From positions 1-64,000 of the IMG/VR virus record IMGVR_UViG_3300045988_120048: a DNA stretch of 64,000 nucleotides; one strand, given 5' to 3'. The DNA comes from a virus. Below the pieces are notes generated by a model. It did no database searches. It was not told where the DNA came from and saw nothing but the letters and a program-made list of their open reading frames with translations. The position numbers and the translations under genes are program-made. Below are positions 8,947 through 17,164 of this stretch, piece by piece; positions within the stretch are counted from its first letter, which is position 1, and each line of letters opens with the position of its first letter.

Positions 8947-10689
8947 ATGGAATTTCAAAAGAAGGTAAATTCACTTCTCGACATTAAACCTGCCGAGAAT
9001 CAGTTCGTAAAGCAAGCACTGAAAGTGTCTTCTGAAACTGAGTCAGGCAATGGAGCAAAGAAGTATTCCACAACTGGAAACGATTTTGTTGATAACTTTG
9101 CTGCTGCTTCATATTTCAAAGAGCCACGCTCTTATGAGGAGGTAGCAAAGGATATGCAAACTCTATGGGATTCAAATCCTACTCTCTGTGTAAAACTTGC
9201 GCTCTATTTCAGACTCATCACACGTAAGTCCAAAGTTGTTACTAAAGACAAAAGTGAAGAACTAGAAGTTCAGCGCGGACAGGGCTTGAAGAATGAAGGT
9301 ATTATGAGAATGCTGTGGTTGGCAATCAATCAACCTGCAACATTTAAAGTAAATCTTCCTCTTTTCATTGCAGCAGGCTCATGGAAGGATGTTATTCAAA
9401 TGCTCTCTTTAGACCTACAATATCATGGCTGGGAAGAGAGAAAGTTAGATTGGAATTTCCTATATCTGACTTTGTCAGCAGGTCTTAACAATCCTGATAC
9501 AACTCACCTGGTGCGTAAGTATTTGCCAACTATTAGAACCAATAAGAACTGTACAACGCTTGAGTCTCAAGCAGACACTCTTATAGGTAGATGGTTAGCT
9601 AGAAAATTCTCTCCTAAGTTGGAGAAGGAATCAGCTTATAAGGCTTATCGAAAGATTAAGTCTGAAGGTGTTGCTCATGAATGGCAACAACTTATTTCTC
9701 AGCAGCTGTATAACTCACTTAACTTTGACCACATTGCAGGTAGAGCGTTAGCTCTCTTGGTTGGTTCTAACTTCTTGGAAAACCACAATCTTACTAAGAA
9801 GTATATTGATTGGATTTCCTCTAAGCCTGTAGCTAAGTTCACAGGATATGTGTTCGAGCTATTTGCTCCTTTCGATGGAAACTATCGACACATAGAGGAT
9901 TACAAGGAGAAGACAATCAATGCTCAATTTGCACAACTTGTAAAGACAGGCAAAGAGAATGTGGATGCTAAGTCGTCACTACTTGTAGTACGAGATACTT
10001 CATGCTCAATGGAATCAACCGCCAGAGGATGCAAGGTGTCTTCATTCTGCATTGCTAAATCTATGGCATTGTATTTCTCTGAGTTCTTAGAGGGATGCTT
10101 CGCCGGTACATTTGCAGAGTTCTCTGATGGTTGCAAACTCCATAAATGGGCTGGAGCAACTCCAGTTGATAAGTACATCAATGATCATTGTGAGGCTTAC
10201 GGAAGTACTAATTTCCAATCTGTAATAGATCTCTTTATAAGGTTAAAATCAGAAGGAGTTGAGGAAAAGGATTTTCCAAGTGGAATCCTTTGCGTAAGTG
10301 ATGGAGAGTTTAATAGATGTGGTACTAACAAATCTACAAATTTCCAACTTGCAATTAGAAGACTTCGTGAGGCTGGATTTAGTGAGGAATACGTCAATTC
10401 CTTTAAGATTATCCTTTGGGATATTCCTAATGGATGGTATGGCGATGATAACAAGGTAAAGTTTGAAGACTTTGCAGATGCTCCTAATTTCTTCTATATG
10501 TCTGGCTATGACCCAAGTGCTGTGTCATTTATTTTAGGAGGAAATAGACCTGAACTTAAGGCTCCTAAGAATGCTGAAGAGTTATTCTTAACAGCAATGG
10601 ATCAGGAGTTACTTAATAGAGTAAGAATCGTGAAGCTTAGTGTAACTAAGCGTAAACGTAAAAAGCATACAGTTCGTACTGGTTCGTGA
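8947..10689 (+). CDS. vWA-domain protein (MIDAS motif DTSCSM); architecture compatible with a TROVE/Ro60-like protein
   Basis: Track ORF 8902-10689; the likely start is ATG 8947 (MEFQKK). MIDAS-like D-x-S-x-S sits about residue 350 of 580, C-terminal to a roughly 340-aa alpha-rich domain, as in Ro60 (TROVE then vWA). The TROVE assignment itself is tentative. Confidence 0.55.
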   Translation: MEFQKKVNSLLDIKPAENQFVKQALKVSSETESGNGAKKYSTTGNDFVDNFAAASYFKEPRSYEEVAKDMQTLWDSNPTLCVKLALYFRLITRKSKVVTKDKSEELEVQRGQGLKNEGIMRMLWLAINQPATFKVNLPLFIAAGSWKDVIQMLSLDLQYHGWEERKLDWNFLYLTLSAGLNNPDTTHLVRKYLPTIRTNKNCTTLESQADTLIGRWLARKFSPKLEKESAYKAYRKIKSEGVAHEWQQLISQQLYNSLNFDHIAGRALALLVGSNFLENHNLTKKYIDWISSKPVAKFTGYVFELFAPFDGNYRHIEDYKEKTINAQFAQLVKTGKENVDAKSSLLVVRDTSCSMESTARGCKVSSFCIAKSMALYFSEFLEGCFAGTFAEFSDGCKLHKWAGATPVDKYINDHCEAYGSTNFQSVIDLFIRLKSEGVEEKDFPSGILCVSDGEFNRCGTNKSTNFQLAIRRLREAGFSEEYVNSFKIILWDIPNGWYGDDNKVKFEDFADAPNFFYMSGYDPSAVSFILGGNRPELKAPKNAEELFLTAMDQELLNRVRIVKLSVTKRKRKKHTVRTGS

Positions 10690-10756
10690 GAATAGGTACG
10701 TAACTCTTTTCACCAAAAAGTAGGAGGGCTCAACTGACTGGGAGCTCTCCGAAAAT

Positions 10757-10829
10757 GCCCTCTTAACTTTAATGGTAGAGTGCCTGTCTTGTAAACAGGA
10801 AGTTGTCGGTTCGAGTCCGGCAGAGGGCT
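10757..10829 (+). tRNA. tRNA-Thr (anticodon UGU)
   Basis: Acceptor GCCCTCT/AGAGGGC, anticodon stem CCTGT/ACAGG with loop CTTGTAA, T-arm GTCGG-TTCGAGT-CCGGC. Confidence 0.7.
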
Positions 10830-10851
10830 CTAACATTCTAAAGGTATCAAT

Positions 10852-11043
10852 ATGGAAAAGCAAGTAATTTATAAAGGTCCAAGTATTCTTGGACTATTGG
10901 GTGTTGCCTTCGTAGTATTAAAGCTAGTTGGCGTAATTGGCTGGTCTTGGTGGTGGGTTACCCTTCCATTCTATGGACCAATAATCTTGTTAATCATTAT
11001 CTTAATCATTGCAGGTTTAATTGTATGCCAAAACACAAAGTAG
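10852..11043 (+). CDS. small membrane protein (two TM segments, W-rich)
   Basis: ORF track, 63 aa, hydrophobic. Confidence 0.4.
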   Translation: MEKQVIYKGPSILGLLGVAFVVLKLVGVIGWSWWWVTLPFYGPIILLIIILIIAGLIVCQNTK

Positions 11044-11285
11044 GTGAAATAAACGGCAATGAAGTTATTTACATTTCTGAGAAGGATGTGATTTTTTGTA
11101 AGAATACTGCTGTTAAGTTCCCTGTAATAGAACGTATCATTAGAAATGGGGAAGACAAAGGAGAAATTCCAGAAAAGAATCTTACAATCACTAAGGACAA
11201 TGGAATTGTCCATCTCGGATGTTTAACAACTACTATGGAAAACTGCCTAGATATTAGGCGCAGAGTTAATAAATTAAAAGTGTAA
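11025..11285 (+). CDS. hypothetical protein (likely start MPKHKVGEINGNEV within track ORF 10947-11285)
   Basis: ORF track; its upstream part overlaps the small membrane protein in another frame. Confidence 0.3.
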   Translation: MPKHKVGEINGNEVIYISEKDVIFCKNTAVKFPVIERIIRNGEDKGEIPEKNLTITKDNGIVHLGCLTTTMENCLDIRRRVNKLKV

Positions 11286-11298
11286 CAAAAAAAACCAG

Positions 11299-12744
11299 AT
11301 GAATCAAATTGCAAGAAAAAGCAAGAGTTCTGTTCTTGAGCAGAAGGTAAACAACTATGAAGAGGCTATGAAGAGTAAGTTCATAGAGGTAATGCAGTTA
11401 CCAGATACAACTTACGCTGATTGCCTTGACTACATTGAGAGTGAGATTGCCCAGTCTAAGAAGATGGCAAAAATTAACTATCGCATTCAGTGTTTCCGCA
11501 ACGATGGTATCTATCAGCTCAATCAGGCTATTTCTCAGGTGTTTGGATCTGTTGTTTCTAAGGAAAGTGGCAGTCCATCAGGTGAGAAAAGTGTTCAAAC
11601 TGTAGACATTACTCTTGCTGACGGAACTAGAGTTAAGGCTCCTTACGGAGATATTCAGCTCGATGGTCTTGGAGAGGATTCTTCAATTAACATTAATTAT
11701 CGTTCTGAGACACATGAACTGGTAATTACTGGAAGACTTCAGTTCCGTTTTTCATCTTTAATGGATGACATTATTGAGCAGACCAAAATGAATTTGAAGA
11801 CTAATTCGATTTATAAGGGTCAAGCTCTGGAGATTTCCAACATTAACAATCCGGAAATTCTCGACTTACGTAACATTGACGACCAGTTGATGGTTGTTAG
11901 TAAGGAAACTGAGTACGCCCTTCGTCCAATCAATGCTCGTATTCTCAATCCAGAAAAATGTATTGAGAAAGGTATTCCATTGAAGTTTGGAGCATTGTTA
12001 GAAGGAGGCTATGGAACTGGTAAAACTCTTCTTGCCTTCAAACTTGCTCGTCAGGCTGTCAAGAACAATTGGATGTTCATTTATCTGAAGGATCCAAAAC
12101 TCTTGGCAGAATCTCTTCGCATGTCTAAGATCATCGATCAATCTGGACATGGCGTTGTAATCTTTGTTGAGGATATTGATCAGGTAACACGAGGCAATCG
12201 TGATTCTGCTATGCAGGATATCCTTAACACATTGGATGGTGGTGATACTAAGGATATGAATGTCATTACCCTTTTCACTACTAATCATATTGAACTCATT
12301 GAGCCTACCTTCTTAAGAGGTAAGCGAGTTGGTACCATCATCTCTATGGGTACTCTGGATGCTGCTACAGCAGAAGAGTTTATTCGTAAATCTTTCGAGA
12401 TTGGTTGTTATCAGATTGAGGATGACCTTACAGATGTTTGTAAGTTCATCGAAGAGAACAACATCGCTCCTGCATTTATGGCAGAAATTATCGAGAAGGT
12501 TAAATCTATGATGGTGCTCACTGATGAGTGTGTCGTAAAGGCAGAGTATATTCTTAACTCTGTTAAGTCTTATCTGCACCAGGTTAAGCTTTCCCAGAAG
12601 AAGGATATGTCCCAAACTCCTGAGAAGAGACTTGTTGAGGCACTCAAGGAATGTCTCAATGTAGACGAGAAGCGTACTAAACAGTTCATTGCAATGACTG
12701 AAAGTTACTTCGACGATAGCTTGGATAACTATAACGTGCAGTAA
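11299..12744 (+). CDS. AAA+ ATPase (classical AAA clade)
   Basis: Walker A GGYGTGKT, Walker B VIFVEDID, sensor-1 FTTN, arginine-finger region LRGKR. Confidence 0.7.
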   Translation: MNQIARKSKSSVLEQKVNNYEEAMKSKFIEVMQLPDTTYADCLDYIESEIAQSKKMAKINYRIQCFRNDGIYQLNQAISQVFGSVVSKESGSPSGEKSVQTVDITLADGTRVKAPYGDIQLDGLGEDSSININYRSETHELVITGRLQFRFSSLMDDIIEQTKMNLKTNSIYKGQALEISNINNPEILDLRNIDDQLMVVSKETEYALRPINARILNPEKCIEKGIPLKFGALLEGGYGTGKTLLAFKLARQAVKNNWMFIYLKDPKLLAESLRMSKIIDQSGHGVVIFVEDIDQVTRGNRDSAMQDILNTLDGGDTKDMNVITLFTTNHIELIEPTFLRGKRVGTIISMGTLDAATAEEFIRKSFEIGCYQIEDDLTDVCKFIEENNIAPAFMAEIIEKVKSMMVLTDECVVKAEYILNSVKSYLHQVKLSQKKDMSQTPEKRLVEALKECLNVDEKRTKQFIAMTESYFDDSLDNYNVQ

Positions 12745-12757
12745 ACTAGCTATCATA

Positions 12758-12782
12758 AGAGAACTTTAGCAATATTGCTAAT
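12758..12782 (+). promoter_or_regulatory. conserved intergenic motif, variant (ATAAGAGAACTTTAGCAATATTGC)
   Basis: Matches the family consensus TAAGAG...GCAA...TT; lies between the AAA+ gene and the minihelix element. Confidence 0.4.
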
Positions 12783-12818
12783 GGTTATTTTATGATTCTT
12801 TTTAAGTTCTCTATTTAA

Positions 12819-12864
12819 GGTGCATTCCTCAGTGGGAAGTAGAGGTTCGAATCCTTATGCACCT
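12819..12864 (+). ncRNA. tRNA minihelix-like element (acceptor stem, D-loop-like segment and T-arm; no anticodon arm)
   Basis: GGTGCAT-TCCTCAGTGGGAAGT-AGAGG-TTCGAAT-CCTT-ATGCACC; perfect 7-bp acceptor pairing; followed by a T-rich run. Confidence 0.45.
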
Positions 12865-12900
12865 CGACTGGATACTTTTTTGTTTTTTATTGTTAATAAA

Positions 12901-12925
12901 TAAGAAGACTAACAGCAAGTATTTC
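12901..12925 (+). promoter_or_regulatory. conserved intergenic motif, instance c (TAAGAAGACTAACAGCAAGTATTTC)
   Basis: About 50 nt upstream of the tRNA at 12974. Confidence 0.5.
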
Positions 12926-12973
12926 ATACACTCGATTAGGGATCAAGTAAGTACAAACAAGTCTTCTGTTTAT

Positions 12974-13061
12974 CTAGGTGTACTCTAATTGGCTAGAGCC
13001 CTGATTTGGGATCAGGTGGAGGCTTAATAAGCGGATGCAGGTTCGAGTCCTGTCACCTAGA
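12974..13061 (+). tRNA. type II (long variable arm) tRNA with apparent anticodon UGG (Pro-like); atypical
   Basis: Acceptor CTAGGTG/CACCTAG, D-arm CTCT..AGAG, anticodon stem CCTGA/TCAGG with loop TTTGGGA, 20-nt variable arm containing a GCTTA-AT-AAGC hairpin, T-arm GCAGG-TTCGAGT-CCTGT. Confidence 0.5.
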
Positions 13062-13083
13062 CGCCGTTTACGTTTTTGACATG

Positions 13084-13112
13084 ATAAGAAGGAATCTAAC
13101 AGCAAATATATT
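13084..13112 (+). promoter_or_regulatory. conserved intergenic motif, instance d (ATAAGAAGGAATCTAACAGCAAATATATTC)
   Basis: Followed by tRNA-like fragments at 13120-13190 (a T-arm-like ATTGG-TTCGAAT-CCAAT, then a tRNA 5'-half-like GGTAGCTCAGCTGGTTTAGAGCA). Confidence 0.5.
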
Positions 13113-13119
13113 CTTGTAA

Positions 13120-13190
13120 AAGCAGCAAGTCATTGGTTCGAATCCAATCCTCAAAGGTAGCTCAGCTGGTTTAGAGCAGCAGCCATAAAA
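13120..13190 (+). pseudogene. fragmented or rearranged tRNA-like sequence (T-arm-like segment precedes a D-arm-like segment)
   Basis: GTCATTGGTTCGAATCCAATC then GGTAGCTCAGCTGGTTTAGAGCAGCAGCC; no consistent cloverleaf. Confidence 0.3.
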
Positions 13191-13233
13191 GAATAGATTC
13201 CTGTTTTAGATTAGTATTTATTAATTAAAAACT

Positions 13234-13755
13234 ATGATTATGAAACAACAGATTTATCAAAATGGATTTTACCTGATGATAGGTTTAATCCTTGGCGCTT
13301 TAATCACCATAATTTCAGTGCCAAAAAGTTCTCCTAAACCATCTGAAAATACTATTCGTATTGAAATGGTAAAGGATTCAGCAAAGGTTACATCTAAGGA
13401 CAAAAATGTTAAAGTTGCTCAGGTGAAACCAGTTGCCAAACCAAAAGTTCTTAATGAGACTAATTTGAGAGCTGAACTTATTAAGAACAACATACCTCAC
13501 GCAAATATTGTACTTGCTCAAGCCAAGCTTGAGACAGGTAATTTTAAGTCCAACTTGGTTCGTACTCATCAGAATATCTTTGGGCTTAAGAAGGGGAATT
13601 GTTATAGACGATATTCCCATTGGACAGAATGTGTAGAGGATTATAAGAAATGTATATCTAATAGATATAGTGGAGGTAGTTATTACGCCTTTCTAAATCG
13701 AATTGGATATGCTAGTCATCCAAACTATACTGGACTGTTAAAAGAAATGGTATAA
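13234..13755 (+). CDS. membrane-anchored peptidoglycan hydrolase (FlgJ-type glucosaminidase domain)
   Basis: N-terminal TM helix; NIVLAQAKLETGNFKS resembles the glucosaminidase LAQAALESGWG motif. Confidence 0.6.
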   Translation: MIMKQQIYQNGFYLMIGLILGALITIISVPKSSPKPSENTIRIEMVKDSAKVTSKDKNVKVAQVKPVAKPKVLNETNLRAELIKNNIPHANIVLAQAKLETGNFKSNLVRTHQNIFGLKKGNCYRRYSHWTECVEDYKKCISNRYSGGSYYAFLNRIGYASHPNYTGLLKEMV

Positions 13756-13814
13756 TGGAAAGTCCTAAGCATGACCTGAAACTGCTTACTATGGGGATGT
13801 TTGGTTTTGATTGC

Positions 13815-13838
13815 ATAGGAGATAAGAAGCACAGCAAA
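13815..13838 (+). promoter_or_regulatory. conserved intergenic motif, instance (GGAGATAAGAAGCACAGCAAAGAC)
   Basis: Same family; followed by a 280-nt structured noncoding region. Confidence 0.4.
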
Positions 13839-13929
13839 GACAGTTGGAAAGACAACAAAACAATAAATGCTAGAGTTATTAATATGACTCCTGCTTATCA
13901 GGCTGCTGCCTAATAAGCCGAGCAGCACT

Positions 13930-14040
13930 TGCTTAGGAACAGAAAGGTGCGCCATTGACAATTCTATAAGTTCTCTGTATACTTTAGGAACAGAGTGGTG
14001 GAAGTTGACAGTATATCAATCCTGTCAGCCCTAAAAGACA
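13930..14040 (+). repeat. imperfect tandem direct repeat (TTAGGAACAGA..GTG...TTGACA, two copies) in noncoding region
   Basis: TTAGGAACAGAAAGGTGCGCCATTGACAAT and TTAGGAACAGAGTGGTGGAAGTTGACAGT about 55 nt apart; preceded by hairpin GCTGC-15nt-GCAGC at 13895-13920. Confidence 0.4.
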
Positions 14041-14075
14041 AGGATAGTCTTTAAAACCTATGCTGTAAGAATGCT

Positions 14076-14112
14076 TTGATGCAAATATGTAAGACAGGGG
14101 TTCGACTCCCCT
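14076..14112 (+). pseudogene. tRNA 3' fragment (T-arm AGGGG-TTCGACT-CCCCT plus acceptor 3' strand) with no recognisable 5' half nearby
   Basis: ACAGGGGTTCGACTCCCCTCATCTCCA; upstream body does not fold as a tRNA. Confidence 0.35.
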
Positions 14113-14142
14113 CATCTCCACTTAAATGTTATATTTAGAAGA

Positions 14143-14170
14143 TTGTTATAGGAATGCACACAGCAAACTT
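14143..14170 (+). promoter_or_regulatory. conserved intergenic motif, instance h (TTATAGGAATGCACACAGCAAACTTAG)
   Basis: Family member. Confidence 0.4.
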
Positions 14171-14254
14171 AGACTATAATACAAGACTTTTAATCTTGAA
14201 CATTTCTAGTAGCATTCCGTTTTTGTTTTGAATCCATTTTTACTATATTGTTTG

Positions 14255-14282
14255 AATAAGAATACTAACAGCAATTTTATCA
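14255..14282 (+). promoter_or_regulatory. conserved intergenic motif, instance e (AATAAGAATACTAACAGCAATTTTATC)
   Basis: About 50 nt upstream of the HNH gene at 14331. Confidence 0.5.
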
Positions 14283-14330
14283 AGAATTAGTGGTTAATTT
14301 CTAAAATGTATTCTGTTTAATTTTTTTTTT

Positions 14331-14807
14331 ATGAATTGTATAAACTGTGGCAAAGAGTTAACTGGTAATTAGAAGAAATTTTGTTCTAGAAAGTGTAAAT
14401 ATGAATATTATAAGAAAGAGAATGAGGGAACTTCTTATAATTCAGCTTATAGTAAAAGAAAAGACGCTCATGGTGTTTATCTTAAATATAAGTTAATAAA
14501 GTATAAGGGAGGAAAATGTGAATGTTGTGGATATGATAAGAACATTGCGGCACTTCAATTTCATCATTTGGATCCCACTACTAAGAAATTTACATTGGAT
14601 TCTAGAACTATAGAGAGAAAAAGTGACGAAGAGATTCTATAGGAACTTAGTAAATGTAAGTTACTTTGTGCTAATTGCCATGCTGAATTGCACAATCCAG
14701 AGATGGCAAAGGAAAATTGTGTAAAGTTTAAAGAGGCTTCGAAAGGAATAAAACGTCGAAAACCTCATAACCTAGATATTTTGAATATCTCCTAGTGTTC
14801 CGAATGA
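14331..14807 (+). CDS. HNH homing endonuclease paralog with three in-frame TAGs (14370, 14637, 14793)
   Basis: MNCINCGKELTGN-TAG-KKFCSRKCKYEYY...GGKCECCGYDKNIAALQFHHLDP...CANCHAELH, closely similar to the 2470-3039 gene; ends at TGA 14805-14807 and overlaps the start of tRNA-Cys. Confidence 0.55.
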
Positions 14808-14860
14808 TTAGGTTCCGCTCTGCAAAAGCGTGTATGTGGGTTTGAGTCCCACCTAGGAGT
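14789..14860 (+). tRNA. tRNA-Cys (anticodon GCA)
   Basis: Acceptor CTCCTAG/CTAGGAG, anticodon stem CGCT/AGCG with loop CTGCAAA, T-arm GTGGG-TTTGAGT-CCCAC; D-arm imperfect. Confidence 0.55.
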
Positions 14861-14893
14861 CAAGGAGGGTTCGACTCCCTCACTGCCCTCTAC
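14861..14893 (+). pseudogene. tRNA 3' fragment (T-arm GAGGG-TTCGACT-CCCTC plus ACTGCCC) abutting tRNA-Cys
   Basis: CAAGGAGGGTTCGACTCCCTCACTGCCCTCT directly follows the tRNA-Cys discriminator. Confidence 0.35.
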
Positions 14894-14911
14894 TTATTAA
14901 GTAGAATTGTT

Positions 14912-15235
14912 ATGAAGAAAATATTATCTTTCGTTAAATTATCTGAACGTTGGTTTGTAGATATTCCTTGGGAAGGAGATGTGTCTGATCTGCAAATGGT
15001 AGCAGGTGCAGATTTACTTCTAGATTCCCTCTGTAATGGAAACACTAGAATCTCTATAGAAGTATCAACAGACCCTATAAAGGATTATATTCATCTCAAT
15101 AGAGTTTCTGAGGATGAATTTGGAGCTACTTATGGAGTAAATACTCCTAACTTTAGCGGGGAGATTTGGCTATGTCCAGTTACATTAGCAGTTTTTCCTA
15201 ATTATCCAAAGGACTTGTATATGAAGGTGTTATAA
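14912..15235 (+). CDS. hypothetical protein
   Basis: ORF track, 107 aa. Confidence 0.4.
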   Translation: MKKILSFVKLSERWFVDIPWEGDVSDLQMVAGADLLLDSLCNGNTRISIEVSTDPIKDYIHLNRVSEDEFGATYGVNTPNFSGEIWLCPVTLAVFPNYPKDLYMKVL

Positions 15236-15239
15236 GAAT

Positions 15240-15313
15240 GGTCCATTTAGTGTAACGGTTAGCACGCAATGCTGTGAACATTGAAGAATGGGTTCGACTC
15301 CCAGGTGTGACCC
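15240..15313 (+). tRNA. tRNA-His-like (anticodon GUG, extra 5' G); acceptor 3' strand pairs poorly
   Basis: G(-1)+GTCCATT, D-arm GTGT..GCAC, anticodon stem CAATG/CATTG with loop CTGTGAA, T-arm TGGG-TTCGACT-CCCA; the 3' acceptor strand is not complementary as I read it. Confidence 0.45.
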
Positions 15314-15340
15314 AAATAGATTATTAATTAAATATTTAAT

Positions 15341-15574
15341 ATGGAAAGAAACTTTAAAGATGAAGCTCTTAAGACCGTAAATGGTTTCAAAGAGGTAAAG
15401 AGTGTAGTATGTATTGTAAGCGATGGTGAATACTCCTCAGCTTGCATTGGTTCAGAAGGACGAGCAAATCTGCAGAATATGATTGTTAATGCAATGCTTC
15501 AGAATGATGCTGTACTAGCTCTATTTAAGGCAGCAGTTATAGCTGCTGAGGTATTCAAAGGTGAAGAGAATTAA
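15341..15574 (+). CDS. hypothetical protein
   Basis: ORF track, 77 aa. Confidence 0.4.
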   Translation: MERNFKDEALKTVNGFKEVKSVVCIVSDGEYSSACIGSEGRANLQNMIVNAMLQNDAVLALFKAAVIAAEVFKGEEN

Positions 15575-15581
15575 TTCTCTA

Positions 15582-15668
15582 GGAGAGTTGACTGAGCGGT
15601 TTAAAGTGGCGCCCTGCTAAGGCGCTGATCGAGTAATCGGTCCAGAGGTTCGAATCCTCTACTCTCCG
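15582..15668 (+). tRNA. tRNA-Ser (anticodon GCU), type II
   Basis: Acceptor GGAGAGT/ACTCTCC, anticodon stem GCGCC/GGCGC with loop CTGCTAA, long variable arm, T-arm CAGAGG-TTCGAAT-CCTCTA. Confidence 0.75.
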
Positions 15669-15670
15669 CT

Positions 15671-15955
15671 ATGAATGATAAAATTAATAAATTTAAGGAG
15701 GAACATAGAGAGTTTCTGGATTGCTTAATGGATGATACTTGGTTATGTGAAGAACCAATTCCATTAAAAGAAACTAAGGCTTGCTGGTATTGGGCTATAC
15801 AAATAGGTATAGAAACTGTGCCAGAAGATAAATTTGAAGATACATTTGGTATTACTTTTCAGGAATTAACTGATTGGTGGAACCAGGACATATTAAAAGT
15901 AGGACAGGAAGAAGCAACACACGAAACAAGTACGCGCGTTAAGGTGAATGAGTAA
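15671..15955 (+). CDS. hypothetical protein
   Basis: ORF track, 94 aa. Confidence 0.4.
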   Translation: MNDKINKFKEEHREFLDCLMDDTWLCEEPIPLKETKACWYWAIQIGIETVPEDKFEDTFGITFQELTDWWNQDILKVGQEEATHETSTRVKVNE

Positions 15956-16006
15956 GGCATATAGAGTAATCTATAGGACACGATGCTTTTCTTAGTTCTA
16001 TTATTT

Positions 16007-16095
16007 GGAGGGTTGGCAGAGCTGGCTTAATGCACCGGTCCTGAAAACCGGAGAACGTGACAAGCGTTCCGTGAGTTCGAATCTCACACCCTCCT
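16007..16095 (+). tRNA. tRNA-Ser (anticodon UGA), type II; position 33 is C
   Basis: Acceptor GGAGGGT/ACCCTCC, anticodon stem CCGGT/ACCGG with loop CCTGAAA, variable-arm hairpin GAACG-TGACAA-GCGTTC, T-arm GTGAG-TTCGAAT-CTCAC. Confidence 0.65.
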
Positions 16096-16183
16096 CTAAA
16101 GCTGGCACTAGTAATAGTGTCAGCTATTTTTGTATATAACGCCGAAAGGCATATTTAATAACTTTTTAAATTTTTTACACAAA

Positions 16184-17164
16184 ATGATCAAATCAATTTT
16201 GTACACTTCAAACCCTAATTTCGTTCCAACAACTTTGGAGCAGGTGTCTAACTTCGCAGAAGAGAATGGTAAGTTTATGACTTGCTTTGCAAAGGAAGGT
16301 ACTGAACTCTACTCAGTAGAGGAAGGTGCTCACATTCTTAGCAGCAAGGGCAATCACATCTATGTCCTTGAGACAGGTGGTGACTACAGCTACGCTAAGA
16401 AGAGCAACATCATCGGTGTTGTACAGGTAGATTATCCATTTGGCGCAAAGAAGCCTCTTGTAAACACTTCTACAGAGGGTGTTACCAAGAACACTATTGC
16501 AGGTTTCTCTGATCGCTTGAAGGAGACATTCATGCCTACAGAGGCTAAGGATGTTCGTGTCTCTATGGATGGTAACATCTGTGTTGCAACCAATCAGGGT
16601 TATGTAGCAATTGACGCTCAGAATCACCTGACTGCTTATCCAGAGGAACTCACTCTTCCACTGCCTGTGTTCATCATGAGCAAGCCTAAGGAGAACCTCG
16701 TAGTAGGTGATATCATTGCTCTTGATCGTAGCTATGCTAAGGTTACCTCTATCAAGGGTGAGAAGATCAACGCTATCAGCTATACAGGTGCTGGTAAGCT
16801 GATCCGCACCATCAAGGACTTCATGTTCAACCAGACTATGGTCCGCGTAGTGGTATCTCTTACTGGTAACATGGGAGGCCAGATGAATCCTATGATGCTT
16901 ATGGCACTTGCTAAGGATGGAAATAAGGATGACTCATTGGCTTCATTGTTCCCTCTCATGATGATGAATCAGCAGGGAGGTGCTGTGGCTGGTAATCCTA
17001 TGATGTTTGCATTGCTTGCTGGTAAGGATGGTTTGTCTACTAAGGATATGCTTATGATGAGCATGATGGGAGGCAACAGTCCTTTCGGTAACATGTTTGG
17101 CGCTGCTCAGGCTCCCGCTCAGGCTGCTCCTGAGAAGGAAACAGAGGAAGACATCGAGGACTAA
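16184..17164 (+). CDS. hypothetical protein with a Met/Gly/Ala-rich low-complexity C-terminal region ending in an acidic tail (EKETEEDIED)
   Basis: Track ORF 16130-17164; probable start ATG 16184 (MIKSILYTS). Confidence 0.5.
   Translation: MIKSILYTSNPNFVPTTLEQVSNFAEENGKFMTCFAKEGTELYSVEEGAHILSSKGNHIYVLETGGDYSYAKKSNIIGVVQVDYPFGAKKPLVNTSTEGVTKNTIAGFSDRLKETFMPTEAKDVRVSMDGNICVATNQGYVAIDAQNHLTAYPEELTLPLPVFIMSKPKENLVVGDIIALDRSYAKVTSIKGEKINAISYTGAGKLIRTIKDFMFNQTMVRVVVSLTGNMGGQMNPMMLMALAKDGNKDDSLASLFPLMMMNQQGGAVAGNPMMFALLAGKDGLSTKDMLMMSMMGGNSPFGNMFGAAQAPAQAAPEKETEEDIED

Noticed and set aside
10722-10730. 9-bp copy of the tRNA-Thr 3' end (GGAGGGCTC) about 30 nt upstream of the tRNA as a possible att-site duplication
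   Set aside because: Too short and isolated to support an integration event; likely chance or a small local duplication.
12901-12925. Conserved intergenic motif as a group I intron R element (shares GACTAACAG)
   Set aside because: Other copies lack the TTCAGAGACTA part and there is no S element or interrupted gene nearby; the similarity is to only a 9-mer.
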